Below, piece by piece: positions 38,771-49,453 of a stretch of 64,000 bases of DNA. This DNA comes from an uncultured Methanosarcinales archaeon (lineage in GTDB: Archaea > Nanobdellota > Nanobdellia > Woesearchaeales > CAXGTL01). The stretch lies in the NCBI GenBank assembly GCA_964535955.1, contig CAZHVK010000009.1, positions 1 through 64,000 of the forward strand, read 5' to 3'. Both the position numbers and the translations under genes were made by a program. The notes under the pieces were generated by a model. That model made no database searches. It was given only the letters and a program-made list of their open reading frames with translations, and was not told the DNA's origin. The first letter of the stretch is position 1, and each line of letters begins with the position of its first letter.

Positions 38771-38873
38771 ATATAGATGTAGTATTTAAATCTTGCTTTA
38801 ATTTAGGATTTTTGGATGAATCTCAAAATAAGAGAAAAGTTTTATATATATATAGGTCTTTTCTGGTAGTAAT

Positions 38874-39530
38874 ATGTTAGATTCATTAACACAAAGATCA
38901 AAACCAATCATTCTAACTAGTTGTATTTCTTTATTATTCACATTAAGTGCTTATTGTTTGCCTGTGAAAGCAAAGGAAACAAAAGAAAAAACAACTACAG
39001 AACAAGCAACCAAATCAGAGCAAGAGAAAAGTCCAATTGAGTTATTGATTGAGCAAGGTGATATGTATTTTGATTGGGCAATGAAGTACAAAGCTGATAA
39101 AGATGATCGTAGTACTGAGTATTTTGATAAGGCTTTGGAATTATATTTAGAAGTTTATAATGGTTATGGGTATGATGATGTGGAGTTTTTGGATGGGAAT
39201 TTTGGTAAGACATTAGAACTAACTAAGAATTATGATTTAGCAATTGAAATATATTTGAAAAAATTGAAAGAAAAACCGGATAATTGTTCTTTACATAATG
39301 ACTTAGCTGTTTTTTATCGCTTTAAAGAAATGTATAAAAAATCTGAACAAGAATTTATTACTGCAATTAAACTTGATCCTTTTAATGAATCTCCTTATTA
39401 TAATTTTGCTTTACTCAGATTTGATGAAAAAAGATATTCAGAATCAAAAGAATTATTAAGAAAAGTATTAAAATTAGATCCAGAACATAAAAATTCATCA
39501 ATTTTATTAAATTATTTAAATAAAAAATAA
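38874..39530 (+). CDS. Secreted TPR protein
   Basis: Signal-like N-terminus; AIKLDP and VLKLDP TPR ends. Confidence 0.8.
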   Translation: MLDSLTQRSKPIILTSCISLLFTLSAYCLPVKAKETKEKTTTEQATKSEQEKSPIELLIEQGDMYFDWAMKYKADKDDRSTEYFDKALELYLEVYNGYGYDDVEFLDGNFGKTLELTKNYDLAIEIYLKKLKEKPDNCSLHNDLAVFYRFKEMYKKSEQEFITAIKLDPFNESPYYNFALLRFDEKRYSESKELLRKVLKLDPEHKNSSILLNYLNKK

Positions 39531-39553
39531 ATAACAAAAGAGGTGTAACAAAC

Positions 39554-41944
39554 TTGAATAAACTTTTTAGATTATTAATAATTTTTTTTGTAATTCTATT
39601 CCTTACTTTTCTAGTTATAGCAGAATCATTAGAAGCTGAACTCCCAATACTTGGAAATGACGACATTCGTGAAAACAAAGATGAAACCCTAACATTCGAA
39701 CAAGGCACAGCAGACGTCAAAGCAGGCACAACAGTCTCAGGCACAGAACAAGGCTATGAATTCTCAGAAGTAGACAACCTAGAAACAGAAACAGGTGATA
39801 TAATAGAACAAGGAGAATCAGTCCAATCCAACAGAGACAATTCATTATTCGCAGCAATTGCACAAAAAGCAACCTTACAATCAACACCTGCTCCAACTAC
39901 AATGGAAAACATCAGAAACATGTATACAGCAGGCAACAGATTAACATTTGACTCTGCAGAAAGTTTAGATACAGAAGAAAATGACAATATACCCAAAACA
40001 CATGGAGATAATGTAAGAGACGCAGTCATAGACAATAAAGCATTCCAGATAGCAGGAGCTTCATACTTAGAACTTGGCAATAATAAATATGCAAATGTAA
40101 ACAATCTTCAATATATTTATAATTCACAGCAGACAACATATTCATATGCAGATTCTTCTATAGCTGAGATTGCAGAGGTGCAGAACGGAGATGAGGTTTT
40201 ATTAGGAAATTCCAAAATAACAGCACAATATGCAGATATCATATCAACAGATGAACTAACATTGTCAAAAGTAAAAAATCTAGAGATAATATTTGACGAA
40301 AATGATAAGATTAGTGAGTTAAAACTAACATCTGACAAAGACGACAATATAATCAAACTAAAAAACATCAACATAGAGCTAGACACAGACTCATCATTAG
40401 ACTATCAAGAAAACAACATAAAAGCAACAAATGCAAAACTCAGTTTTTCAAATGAACAATTTACTGAATCAGTTTCTGGAACAAGCATCAGCTTAGACTT
40501 TTCACAGCAATCAGGCTTTTATTCATTGACATTAAGTAAAGATTCAGAATATGAAGTTAAGTTTGACAATGGCAATGATCTGAAACTAGTGCCTGAAACA
40601 GATGATTATATAATTTTTATCAGAAAGTCTGGTTCAGACATTATTGACACATCAAGTATGACTAATAAAAACTTTGCATTGGTCGATCTTGTTAAAAAAA
40701 CAATAAATCTTAATGGTTTAGCTAATTACCAAAAAAAGAACAAAGAAATAATCAAAAGCATTGACCAGAACAATGAATTCTTATTAACATTTGATAAGGA
40801 GTTCAAGGAATTTGATCTAAAATTAATTAACAAAGATGTTAGTAATCTTGTTGATGGTAGTATTCTTGCTAATGTTTCTTTTGGTGATTATGAATTAACT
40901 GAAAATCTGATTAATGATAAAATTCATACAATAGCTTATTTTTCACACAAATCATCTACAAATTACATCAAGTCTTATGAACACGAATTCAATCTTGATT
41001 ATCTAAGTTCTAAGATAGAATTAGTTGATAATAAATTAGTTCAGACAACCTCAACAAACCAAGTAATATTATTTTCTAAAGACATATCAAGACCAAACTT
41101 AATACAAGAGATAAAAGATTACAAACCAAAACATTGTGATAAATACAATTTATATTATAATGACAATGAATATTTACCAAATTATATTGATTCTTTGATT
41201 TACAATGGTAATGATATTACTGCAGCTGCAATCGGTTTTTCAAATTTCGATTATGAACAATCAACTTATCTTTTCATATTACTTGGACTTTTATTTTTTT
41301 CAACAATAGCTCTCTATCACAAAAAGAACAAAAAATCACAGATTACTATCTACATTGCAGTTGGAATCCTTATCTTGATTGCAATTGGAGTTTTGATTGG
41401 AGCTGTAAACTCACTCAGTAAATCCAATATAAAAGCTTCAGTGATAAACGAATATGATACATCCTCAATAAACTCTTACACAACAGACTGTTTAACAACA
41501 GTAGCAGAATGTTCTTTAGCACATCAAGGTCTTAATCATGGTTATATTATTGGCACAGACACAAACCTTGACAAAAACACATTCCAGCAGCAAACAAAAC
41601 TATACCTGGATAAAGTTTTAATGCAGTGTTATGAACAAATGCCTCATGAATTAAAAACCAATGTAAAAGTAAGTTATTTTGATTCAAACATAAACTATAT
41701 TGGTAATGTGATAATCGAGGTAAACAGTGACATGAGTGTAAGAAATGATTTCTCAGAACAAGAAATGTCAACTTACAAACTAAATCCAAACAAAGGAATA
41801 AACAAATTGATTGACTTTGCACAACCAATAAAAGACATAGACTTAACATATCTAGGTGAAAGTGATTATAATGTTAATGTGTATGATGTTGAGAATACTT
41901 TGTTCATCATAACTGATGAGGAAGGGTTTAAGTTGGTGAAGTGA
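39554..41944 (+). CDS. Large surface protein with internal TM and pilin-like KKSQ motif
   Basis: Signal peptide, beta-rich body, TM then KKSQITIYIAVGILIL. Confidence 0.7.
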   Translation: MNKLFRLLIIFFVILFLTFLVIAESLEAELPILGNDDIRENKDETLTFEQGTADVKAGTTVSGTEQGYEFSEVDNLETETGDIIEQGESVQSNRDNSLFAAIAQKATLQSTPAPTTMENIRNMYTAGNRLTFDSAESLDTEENDNIPKTHGDNVRDAVIDNKAFQIAGASYLELGNNKYANVNNLQYIYNSQQTTYSYADSSIAEIAEVQNGDEVLLGNSKITAQYADIISTDELTLSKVKNLEIIFDENDKISELKLTSDKDDNIIKLKNINIELDTDSSLDYQENNIKATNAKLSFSNEQFTESVSGTSISLDFSQQSGFYSLTLSKDSEYEVKFDNGNDLKLVPETDDYIIFIRKSGSDIIDTSSMTNKNFALVDLVKKTINLNGLANYQKKNKEIIKSIDQNNEFLLTFDKEFKEFDLKLINKDVSNLVDGSILANVSFGDYELTENLINDKIHTIAYFSHKSSTNYIKSYEHEFNLDYLSSKIELVDNKLVQTTSTNQVILFSKDISRPNLIQEIKDYKPKHCDKYNLYYNDNEYLPNYIDSLIYNGNDITAAAIGFSNFDYEQSTYLFILLGLLFFSTIALYHKKNKKSQITIYIAVGILILIAIGVLIGAVNSLSKSNIKASVINEYDTSSINSYTTDCLTTVAECSLAHQGLNHGYIIGTDTNLDKNTFQQQTKLYLDKVLMQCYEQMPHELKTNVKVSYFDSNINYIGNVIIEVNSDMSVRNDFSEQEMSTYKLNPNKGINKLIDFAQPIKDIDLTYLGESDYNVNVYDVENTLFIITDEEGFKLVK

Positions 41945-41953
41945 AGAAATTAA

Positions 41954-42607
41954 TCATTCATTGTCTTCTTTTTGTTCTTTAATAAGCATTGTAAATTTAT
42001 TTAGCTTTTCAGGAATTTCATCTTCATACATTTGAATTGTCTCTTTGTCATAAATAATATACATTGTTTTAAGATTATGTAATTCAGGATTAGGACAACC
42101 AACATAATAATTTTTAGCTTCTTCATCAGATCCAACAACATAAGGTTTTCCTGTTTCAGGACAAATTATTTCTATTTGAATCCTATGACGCATTAAATCA
42201 TATCTAAAATCTTGTAAGTCAATACCAAATCCTGTGTATCCTGCTGGCGAGCTTGCATCTAATATAATATTGTATCTCACAGCATAACTATCACTATTAT
42301 CATATCTATAATCAAAAGCCAAAGCAAGATGTTTTTGTAGTTCAATCAAACGCTCTGCACAAGCTCTTCGAGAAAATTCCCAGTTTGCAGGAAGTTTTTG
42401 TTTTGTCTTTTCAGTATCATCACCAAACAATCTGGACATGAATCTTGAGAAAAATCCTTCTTTTTCCTGCTTTTTCTCAACTTGTTCAACACCAGGCTTT
42501 TTATCAAATATGCCTGAAAATGGTTTGTCTTCATCAGCTGCACTATAACCTAAAGCACTACCAAAAATCAGAACACTCGCAACCAGTCCAACAGTAAACC
42601 TTTTCAT
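41954..42607 (-). CDS. Secreted hypothetical protein
   Basis: Signal peptide; CPETGKPY...CPNP.LH motif. Confidence 0.65.
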   Translation of the reverse strand: MKRFTVGLVASVLIFGSALGYSAADEDKPFSGIFDKKPGVEQVEKKQEKEGFFSRFMSRLFGDDTEKTKQKLPANWEFSRRACAERLIELQKHLALAFDYRYDNSDSYAVRYNIILDASSPAGYTGFGIDLQDFRYDLMRHRIQIEIICPETGKPYVVGSDEEAKNYYVGCPNPELHNLKTMYIIYDKETIQMYEDEIPEKLNKFTMLIKEQKEDNE

Positions 42608-42691
42608 AGCATTGGTTTGGTTATCATGTTTATATATATTTGTCTACTAGAATATATAATTAAAAAATAACCTTAAATCTATATGATTTAA

Positions 42692-42812
42692 GGCTCTGTA
42701 GAAATCCTTACTCACTAATGTTCGTCGTTGCCATGCCTGTTCGACCTTTCTTAATATTATGAGGTCTCACAACGGCATAAACAGTAGGCAACGGCAGGAT
42801 TTCTACAAAGCC
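42692..42812 (-). mobile_element. MITE family B copy 1, without the module
   Basis: TIR GGCTCTGTAGAAATCC / GGATTTCTACAAAGCC; perfect 8-bp flanking repeat TGATTTAA. Confidence 0.85.
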
Positions 42813-42857
42813 TGATTTAAGATACATTTATATATACCATTCTCTAAAATAAATACA

Positions 42858-43556
42858 ATGAAGATCTATAGACACAAAAAAGGAGTTGAGATGACATTAA
42901 CAAACATAGTTGGTATTATAATAGCAATCATTATTATTATTTCAACATTGTACTTTTTCTTAAAAATGGGTTCATTATTCATGCCAGACCCTGGCCAAAA
43001 GAGCAAAGCAAGTTTAAGAAGATTTGGTATTATGATAAATGAGATGAAACCAGGTGATTATAAAGAATTTACTTTATTCCTTGATGAAGATTATTACATG
43101 ATTGGGTATATGGGTAAATATTTTAAAAAACCATCAAAATGCATGCAAAGAAATAAAGATTGTTTATGTGTTTGTGATGACAATAATTGTGAAGGTGAGG
43201 TTGTTGATTGTGTTGGTTTTAGTGATATTAGTTTTTATAGTAATACAGCATTAACTAATGTGTTTTTACACATTGATAGTGAGAATGTTGTTGGATGGAA
43301 TAAAGGTTTACTCAAATTATATCTTTGCAGGTTTAAAGATGTAAGTACTTTGAGCATTTTCACTGAAGATTATTTTAATGATGTTTCTAGTCTTAAGGAT
43401 TTTGAAGAAAAAGAACTTTGCAGTGGAGAACCTAACTGGAATGAAATCAATAGATATGCTGGTGCACAAGCAAGACCTGCTACCCCAGATAAAAAAGGTG
43501 ATATTGTTCTTAATGTCCCCTCTGGTCCAAGTCGTACCCCAGAAGAACAAGGCTAA
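42858..43556 (+). CDS. Class III signal peptide (pilin-like) protein
   Basis: KKG-VEMTL plus hydrophobic helix; CLCVC motif. Confidence 0.65.
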   Translation: MKIYRHKKGVEMTLTNIVGIIIAIIIIISTLYFFLKMGSLFMPDPGQKSKASLRRFGIMINEMKPGDYKEFTLFLDEDYYMIGYMGKYFKKPSKCMQRNKDCLCVCDDNNCEGEVVDCVGFSDISFYSNTALTNVFLHIDSENVVGWNKGLLKLYLCRFKDVSTLSIFTEDYFNDVSSLKDFEEKELCSGEPNWNEINRYAGAQARPATPDKKGDIVLNVPSGPSRTPEEQG

Positions 43557-43659
43557 ACATTTATATACTAGTGCTGGCTAAATAAATAAAAAAAGAGGTA
43601 ACAGAAATTTCTTTGAAATTTATGGAACCTCTAAAATTGAAAACTTGAGAGGTATAAAA

Positions 43660-43827
43660 ATGAACAAACAAAAAAGAATAGTTCACTGGATCAATTTCTT
43701 AGCTCACAGAGAAAAACAGCTTACAAAAGAAAACAAAGATCTTAAAAAAGAAGTTAAAGAGTTGCATAGAAAACTACATATTCTTGGCAAGAGTGTTCTT
43801 AAATTATACAAAAAGAAGAAGAAATAA
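43660..43827 (+). CDS. Small coiled-coil protein
   Basis: GAGGT SD; heptad pattern. Confidence 0.5.
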   Translation: MNKQKRIVHWINFLAHREKQLTKENKDLKKEVKELHRKLHILGKSVLKLYKKKKK

Positions 43828-43832
43828 TAATT

Positions 43833-46139
43833 TTATTTTTTAATTGTTTTCTTTTTACTACTTGATTTTTTACTCGTACTTTTCTTAACTTTTTTATCTT
43901 TGTTGTTTTCTTTCTTACTAAACTTTTTCTTATGATTACCATTATCAACTAAACTTTCAGTATACCTGCACTTAGGAAACTTATTGCAAGCCATGAATGT
44001 ACCATACACAGATTTTCGAACAACAAGAGTTCCTTGTTTACATTTTGGACAAAGTTTACCTTCTTCTTTCTTGATCTCTGCTTTTTCTTCTTTTGTAATC
44101 TTTTTACTAGGGCAGGCTTTATTAAAACAAATATTATTAGGACGTTTACCTTTTCTAATAACTTTTATCATAGGAAATCCACATGCTTTACAATTTGCAT
44201 TCGCAGGTTTCATCAGACCAGCTGGCAATGAAAAAGTAGTCTTACACTTTGGATAAGCAGAGCAAGCAACAAAATTACCAAATCTTCCCTTCCTAATTCC
44301 TAAATTTCCTTTTTTACATACAGGACAAGGTCCTAATTTATTTAACTGTTCATATGTATCTCTCTGCGCTTTTAACAATTCTTCACCTATTTTTTTATCT
44401 TTTTTCTTAAAATCATCAAGAATTTTATTAAGAGCATGTTTAGCATGGTCTAATACTTTACTTGGTAAGGATTTTTGTTCTCTTATTTTTTCCATTTCAA
44501 ATTCAAAGAATTTTGTTAATTCTTCATCAACAATTTTTGGGGAATGCTTTTCAAGAACATCAATCATTCTTATTCCTAACTCTGTCGCTAATATCTGTTT
44601 ACCATCTATATAACCTCTTAGATACAATGTGTCCACAATATTAGCACGGGTTGCTTTTGTTCCAAGATTTCTTTTTTCTAACTCTTTTATAATAGAAGAT
44701 TCTGTGAAACGTTTTGGTGGCTGTGTTTCTTTGTTAAGTAAATTAATCTTTTTAACTTTAACTTCATCACCCTCTTCCAGGCGAGGTAATTCCTCTTCTT
44801 TATACTTCGCATGCTTACCATATAATACATGCCAACCTTTTTCAACTGTTAAAGTTCCTTTTGCAACAAATATTTCCTTGTTACAATCAATTTTAACAGT
44901 CATTGTCTGCCTTACAGCTGGATCACCAAATGTTGCTAAAAATCTTCTAACAATTAAATCATATAATTTAGCTTCATATGCATTCAAACCTTTTGGTTGA
45001 ACCCCTGTAGGATAGATTGCAGGATGAGCTGGATCTGTTTTTTTACCATTATTTGGCTTTAACTCAGACTTATTTAACAATATCTTAACTTCTTTTATAT
45101 AAGCTGTCTGCTTACCTAATTTATTAAGGATCTTTTTATAACCTATATTAAGTGGCAATATCTGTGATGATGTTCTTGGATATGAAATATAACCAGAAGT
45201 ATAAAGTTCTTGTGCAACTTGCAATGTGATTTTTGGTGTTAAACCAACCTTCCCATGTGCTTCTATTTGTAATGATGTTAAATCAAAAGGTTTTGGAGGT
45301 GATTGTTTATATTTCTTTTTCACAGCAGATAAAACAACTGCTTTTTTTTGTGATTTTGTATTTTTTATAATGTTGTCAGCTTTTTTCTTATCAAACATGT
45401 CCCCTGCTTCATGCATTGCCATAAAATCTTTATCTTTGTTAGCCAGCATTTCTATCTGCCAAAATGGAACAGGTACAAATACTTTAATCTCTTTTTCTTT
45501 ATCAACTATTAATTTTAGTGCAGGTCCTTGAACACGACCAGTTGACATTACTCTAAACGCACCAGCTGCTTTTATTGATGCTGTTAAAGCTCTTGAAGTA
45601 TTAATACCATAGAACCAGTCAAGCATATGTCTTGTTTCACCTGCTTTTGCTTGACCCCAATCCAGATGTTTTGATTTGTTTTCATAAGCTTCAATAATGT
45701 CTTCTTTCATTAAAGTTGAGAACTTCATTCTATTTGCATCTTTTTTCTTGCATGCAAACCTTATAACATTTAAACCAATAACTTCACCTTCAACATCATA
45801 ATCAGTCGCAACTGTGAATTCATCAGCGTCTTTAGCTAACTTTTTTAAAAGTGTTAGATATTTTTTTTGAAAAGTGGATTTTTTATTAACTTCCGTCGCT
45901 GGTTTCCATTCAATGTTGTAAACAGGAAAGCCCCACTTTTTTTCAGTCTCTTTTTGTTTTAAACCATAAAGATGTCCAACAGCGCATGCAACAACAATGT
46001 CTCTTTTACCATGTGTAACCAGATAATAAGGCACTTTATTTACTGATTTTTTTATTGGTTTACCGTCGGCAAGTGCTTTTGCTATTTTTTCTGCTGCTTT
46101 AGGTTTTTCTGCAATGATTAATTCGTACTTTTGAGTCAT
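43833..46139 (-). CDS. topA: DNA topoisomerase I (type IA)
   Basis: IAEKP, ATDYDVEGE, GRVQGP, ISYPRT, GTKATRA, C-terminal Zn ribbons. Confidence 0.96.
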   Translation of the reverse strand: MTQKYELIIAEKPKAAEKIAKALADGKPIKKSVNKVPYYLVTHGKRDIVVACAVGHLYGLKQKETEKKWGFPVYNIEWKPATEVNKKSTFQKKYLTLLKKLAKDADEFTVATDYDVEGEVIGLNVIRFACKKKDANRMKFSTLMKEDIIEAYENKSKHLDWGQAKAGETRHMLDWFYGINTSRALTASIKAAGAFRVMSTGRVQGPALKLIVDKEKEIKVFVPVPFWQIEMLANKDKDFMAMHEAGDMFDKKKADNIIKNTKSQKKAVVLSAVKKKYKQSPPKPFDLTSLQIEAHGKVGLTPKITLQVAQELYTSGYISYPRTSSQILPLNIGYKKILNKLGKQTAYIKEVKILLNKSELKPNNGKKTDPAHPAIYPTGVQPKGLNAYEAKLYDLIVRRFLATFGDPAVRQTMTVKIDCNKEIFVAKGTLTVEKGWHVLYGKHAKYKEEELPRLEEGDEVKVKKINLLNKETQPPKRFTESSIIKELEKRNLGTKATRANIVDTLYLRGYIDGKQILATELGIRMIDVLEKHSPKIVDEELTKFFEFEMEKIREQKSLPSKVLDHAKHALNKILDDFKKKDKKIGEELLKAQRDTYEQLNKLGPCPVCKKGNLGIRKGRFGNFVACSAYPKCKTTFSLPAGLMKPANANCKACGFPMIKVIRKGKRPNNICFNKACPSKKITKEEKAEIKKEEGKLCPKCKQGTLVVRKSVYGTFMACNKFPKCRYTESLVDNGNHKKKFSKKENNKDKKVKKSTSKKSSSKKKTIKK

Positions 46140-46366
46140 AATTCTTAAGTTGGTGGAAATTTCTTTAAAAATGTTTGGATTTTGTGTTTTGCAATAAAAT
46201 TTTTAGAAAATTATTTTTGATTTTTCTGATTCCAAGCATAAATCTCTCTTTGCACGATAGATTTATACAATAAAAATCCTAGATTTTTAGGCATAAATGT
46301 TTTTTACAAAACATTTATATATCTAAACCTGTTAAATAACATTTGATTAGAAAAAAGAGGAAAACA

Positions 46367-47599
46367 ATGTTAAACAAAAAATCACAAGCAACAATGGAAT
46401 TCTTTATTACTTATGGTTGGGCTATCTTGATAGTCTTGGTTGTGGTCGGAACATTGACAGCATTTGGCATATTTAATACAGATTATATCATGCCAGAGCG
46501 ATGCAGGATAGGTTCTTATGGAACAATAGAGTGTATTGATTATGTCATGCACCAGGATGGGATTTTACTCTTTAATCTCGAGAACAATGGTAATAAAGGA
46601 GACTTGATAATTACAAAAGTCACTGCAGACATTGACAAAGAGAAATGTGGTGGTACTCTCCCAGAACCACTTTTATTTCCTGCTCATAAAGACATTCTCT
46701 TATATGTTGGTCAAGACCTGGCTGCAGACAAGAAATTAGAACATGGGTGTAATGCATTATTAGGTAAAAGCACTAATAAGAAGATAAAAACAGGCATAAA
46801 GATAGAATATAAAACAGTGTCTTCAGATTCAGAACATACAATGGCAGGTGAACTCATCACTTCTATTGAAAATCAAGATGGTGCTTGTTCTGATTGTGAT
46901 ATAATTTGTGAAGACAGATGCACTCCAGACCAAATAGGCTGTAGTGATGACAGTTTACAAAAATATACTTGTGACATGACAACAGATCTTTGTTATGATA
47001 AACAATTTGAAGACTGCCCATCAGGATATACTTGTCAAGATGGAGAATGTATATCACCTTTGATAGCATTAAACAACATTCTTGATGATAAATGGACATG
47101 CATCACTGAAAGAGCTGGCAAATGCACTATAACAGAGTCAGTTGGTGAAGATGGAGAACCAGACTATAGTTACAGGGTGTATGAATCTCCATGCGGCAGG
47201 ATTTCAGGGTCACTTTCTATAGCAGCTTCCAAAGAGATAACCATCCCTCCTCCGCCAGTATATTTACATGTCAACAGGAAACTCATTGTCAGTGCATGCT
47301 GTGGAACATCTTGTGACAGGTGTGTTGGAGGTGAATGTTCAGCAGGAATATATTTGGGGACAGGCACTACTGATTATTATCTTAGAAGAAATGTTTTAGA
47401 AATATTTACAAAGACAGGCTATCCTAACAATGTTGCAAGGGATTGGCAAGAAAAATGGTATGATCTTTCTGCTTATTCTGGTAAAAAGCTAAAGATAGTT
47501 TCCAGGGCTCGTCATGCTTATCCAAAACACAATAACCAGGTTTATATTAAAGATGTTTATCTTACAGATTGCAATCCTAATATAGACTCTTGTGACTAA
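46367..47599 (+). CDS. Class III signal peptide pilin-like protein with Cys-rich extension
   Basis: KKSQATMEFFITYGWAILIVLVV. Confidence 0.8.
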   Translation: MLNKKSQATMEFFITYGWAILIVLVVVGTLTAFGIFNTDYIMPERCRIGSYGTIECIDYVMHQDGILLFNLENNGNKGDLIITKVTADIDKEKCGGTLPEPLLFPAHKDILLYVGQDLAADKKLEHGCNALLGKSTNKKIKTGIKIEYKTVSSDSEHTMAGELITSIENQDGACSDCDIICEDRCTPDQIGCSDDSLQKYTCDMTTDLCYDKQFEDCPSGYTCQDGECISPLIALNNILDDKWTCITERAGKCTITESVGEDGEPDYSYRVYESPCGRISGSLSIAASKEITIPPPPVYLHVNRKLIVSACCGTSCDRCVGGECSAGIYLGTGTTDYYLRRNVLEIFTKTGYPNNVARDWQEKWYDLSAYSGKKLKIVSRARHAYPKHNNQVYIKDVYLTDCNPNIDSCD

Positions 47600-47685
47600 G
47601 TTTGCTTTTGCTTTTGCTTTTACTTTGTTAACCTATATCCTCTACAATAACAATCCTTATTAATTAATTTTTCTTTCACCAATAT

Positions 47686-48747
47686 ATGTATAACAAGATA
47701 ATAAACAAAATCATGAACAAGGATTTTCTTAAACAAGATAAGAATTTTTTTGAATATGGCAAATTTGATTTTACATCTGAAAAAGTGTTTTTAGACAAAG
47801 CAAATTTTCACCAAATAACAAAACACAATCTGGATGAAGAAGACCAAGACAAAAACAATCTAGGTGGAAGGTTATGTTTTATAGATGGGGGAAGTTGTGA
47901 ATTAATAAAATCTTCAGACTTGGGCTTGTTTTTCATAAGAATTGTTGGATTAATTTTTAAAGATAATAAAAAAATAAAAACAATAAAAAACGAGTTCTAT
48001 GCATTAATCTTTTTATCAGAAAACAATGGAAAAACACATTATCAATTTGAAAAATATGATTCTAATGGTAAGTTGGTAAAGGGTGAATTCAAGATTGACA
48101 TCTTTGACAAGACAATGATGTTTGGAGGAAAAAAGGTCAACATCTCATGTATTGGTGATTTAATAAGATCATTATCAGAGATAGAACTTGCAACAAAACT
48201 CACAAATGAATTAGAAAAACAAGATATCATTGTTATGGATGGTAATCTTGAGATTGACAAAACATATAAGTATGAATATTTTAAAAAATTATATGAATCA
48301 GCTGAATCTAAAAAAATTAATGTCTGCGCAATTTCCAAGACATGTAATATTATAACAAACAAAGCAAGATCAATCATTCCTGCTATCTTAGACCTAAACC
48401 CTGATTCTGAAACATTCTACTATTACCCAACAAATACCTCAGAACAAAACTTTGATATTGCTTTTGTCAAGCTTAATAAAAACAGTGATTATGTATTTAG
48501 ATTAGACTTTTTAAAATCCTCTCACCTAGATTCAATAATATCTGGATTAGCCTATAATAGTACTGACTTTGTATTTCCAGGTTATCCCTATGGCTTGATA
48601 ATGGCTGACAAGTTTGCTAGAATCAGTAACCAAGAAAAGCAATATAATTTGACATCACTTAAGACAAAAGCAGGTAACAATTGGAATATCATTAAAAAAC
48701 ATATAAATACTTTGAATGCACATGATGTTCTTGATAATATAGGATAA
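47686..48747 (+). CDS. nurA: NurA nuclease
   Basis: FIDGG, R.LSE, VMDG.L, ISK, GYPYGL.MADKFARI. Confidence 0.88.
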   Translation: MYNKIINKIMNKDFLKQDKNFFEYGKFDFTSEKVFLDKANFHQITKHNLDEEDQDKNNLGGRLCFIDGGSCELIKSSDLGLFFIRIVGLIFKDNKKIKTIKNEFYALIFLSENNGKTHYQFEKYDSNGKLVKGEFKIDIFDKTMMFGGKKVNISCIGDLIRSLSEIELATKLTNELEKQDIIVMDGNLEIDKTYKYEYFKKLYESAESKKINVCAISKTCNIITNKARSIIPAILDLNPDSETFYYYPTNTSEQNFDIAFVKLNKNSDYVFRLDFLKSSHLDSIISGLAYNSTDFVFPGYPYGLIMADKFARISNQEKQYNLTSLKTKAGNNWNIIKKHINTLNAHDVLDNIG

Positions 48748-48854
48748 TATATATGAATTTAATCAGTTCATTCTAAAGTAGTAAACAAACTTTATATATA
48801 ATAAGTCCAAAAACTATTATATAATAAGTATATTAATCTAAAAGAGGTGGTTAC

Positions 48855-49253
48855 ATGGCAAAGAAAAAAGTAGATCAAAACTTTCATAAGAATCTATTTC
48901 TATTTGGTATCTTGGTTGTATTTGTGTTTGCATTTTTTAAAATGTATCAATTTTATACAGAAGGCCAAAACTATACACCATTAGAATTTGAAAAATATGT
49001 TGTACTATTATTAGTAGTACTTGGTGTAGCAATAGGATGGATGAATATAACAAAGAAAGAAACAATGCCATTACTGGTCTCATCATTGGTTTTAATGATG
49101 GTTAGATTTGGTAACTTTGATGCATTAGTTTGGTCATGGTTTGATCTTGGTGTTTATCTTGACGTATTGTTAAAACAACTAGGCGTTATGGTTGCATCAG
49201 CAGCAATTGTTGTAGCAGTCAAAGAATTTATATTTGTTGCAAAGAGCAAATAA
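48855..49253 (+). CDS. Small four-TM membrane protein
   Basis: GAGGTGG SD; hydrophobic segments. Confidence 0.7.
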   Translation: MAKKKVDQNFHKNLFLFGILVVFVFAFFKMYQFYTEGQNYTPLEFEKYVVLLLVVLGVAIGWMNITKKETMPLLVSSLVLMMVRFGNFDALVWSWFDLGVYLDVLLKQLGVMVASAAIVVAVKEFIFVAKSK

Positions 49254-49340
49254 AAATATTTTTATTTTTTTTAATCTTTTTCTTTTTTTTAATTTATAAT
49301 AGATAGATTTAAAAACAATAATATAATCCAATAGTATATC

Positions 49341-49453
49341 GCCCCAGTAGCTCAGTTGATAACGCACAGCCTTTTAAAAAAAGCCTGGGGAAAACAAGTG
49401 CGGCATGCGCTCACTGCATTCGCTTAGCCACACGATCACCATCACATATTTAT
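49341..49453 (+). other. Duplicated tRNA-Thr 5' end followed by a structured spacer
   Basis: GCCCCAGTAGCTCAGT at 49341 and 49454. Confidence 0.75.

Noticed and set aside
16427..48747. rad50 and nurA unlinked, with no mre11/herA nearby
   Set aside because: Operon break-up is common in reduced archaeal genomes; partners may lie outside the window
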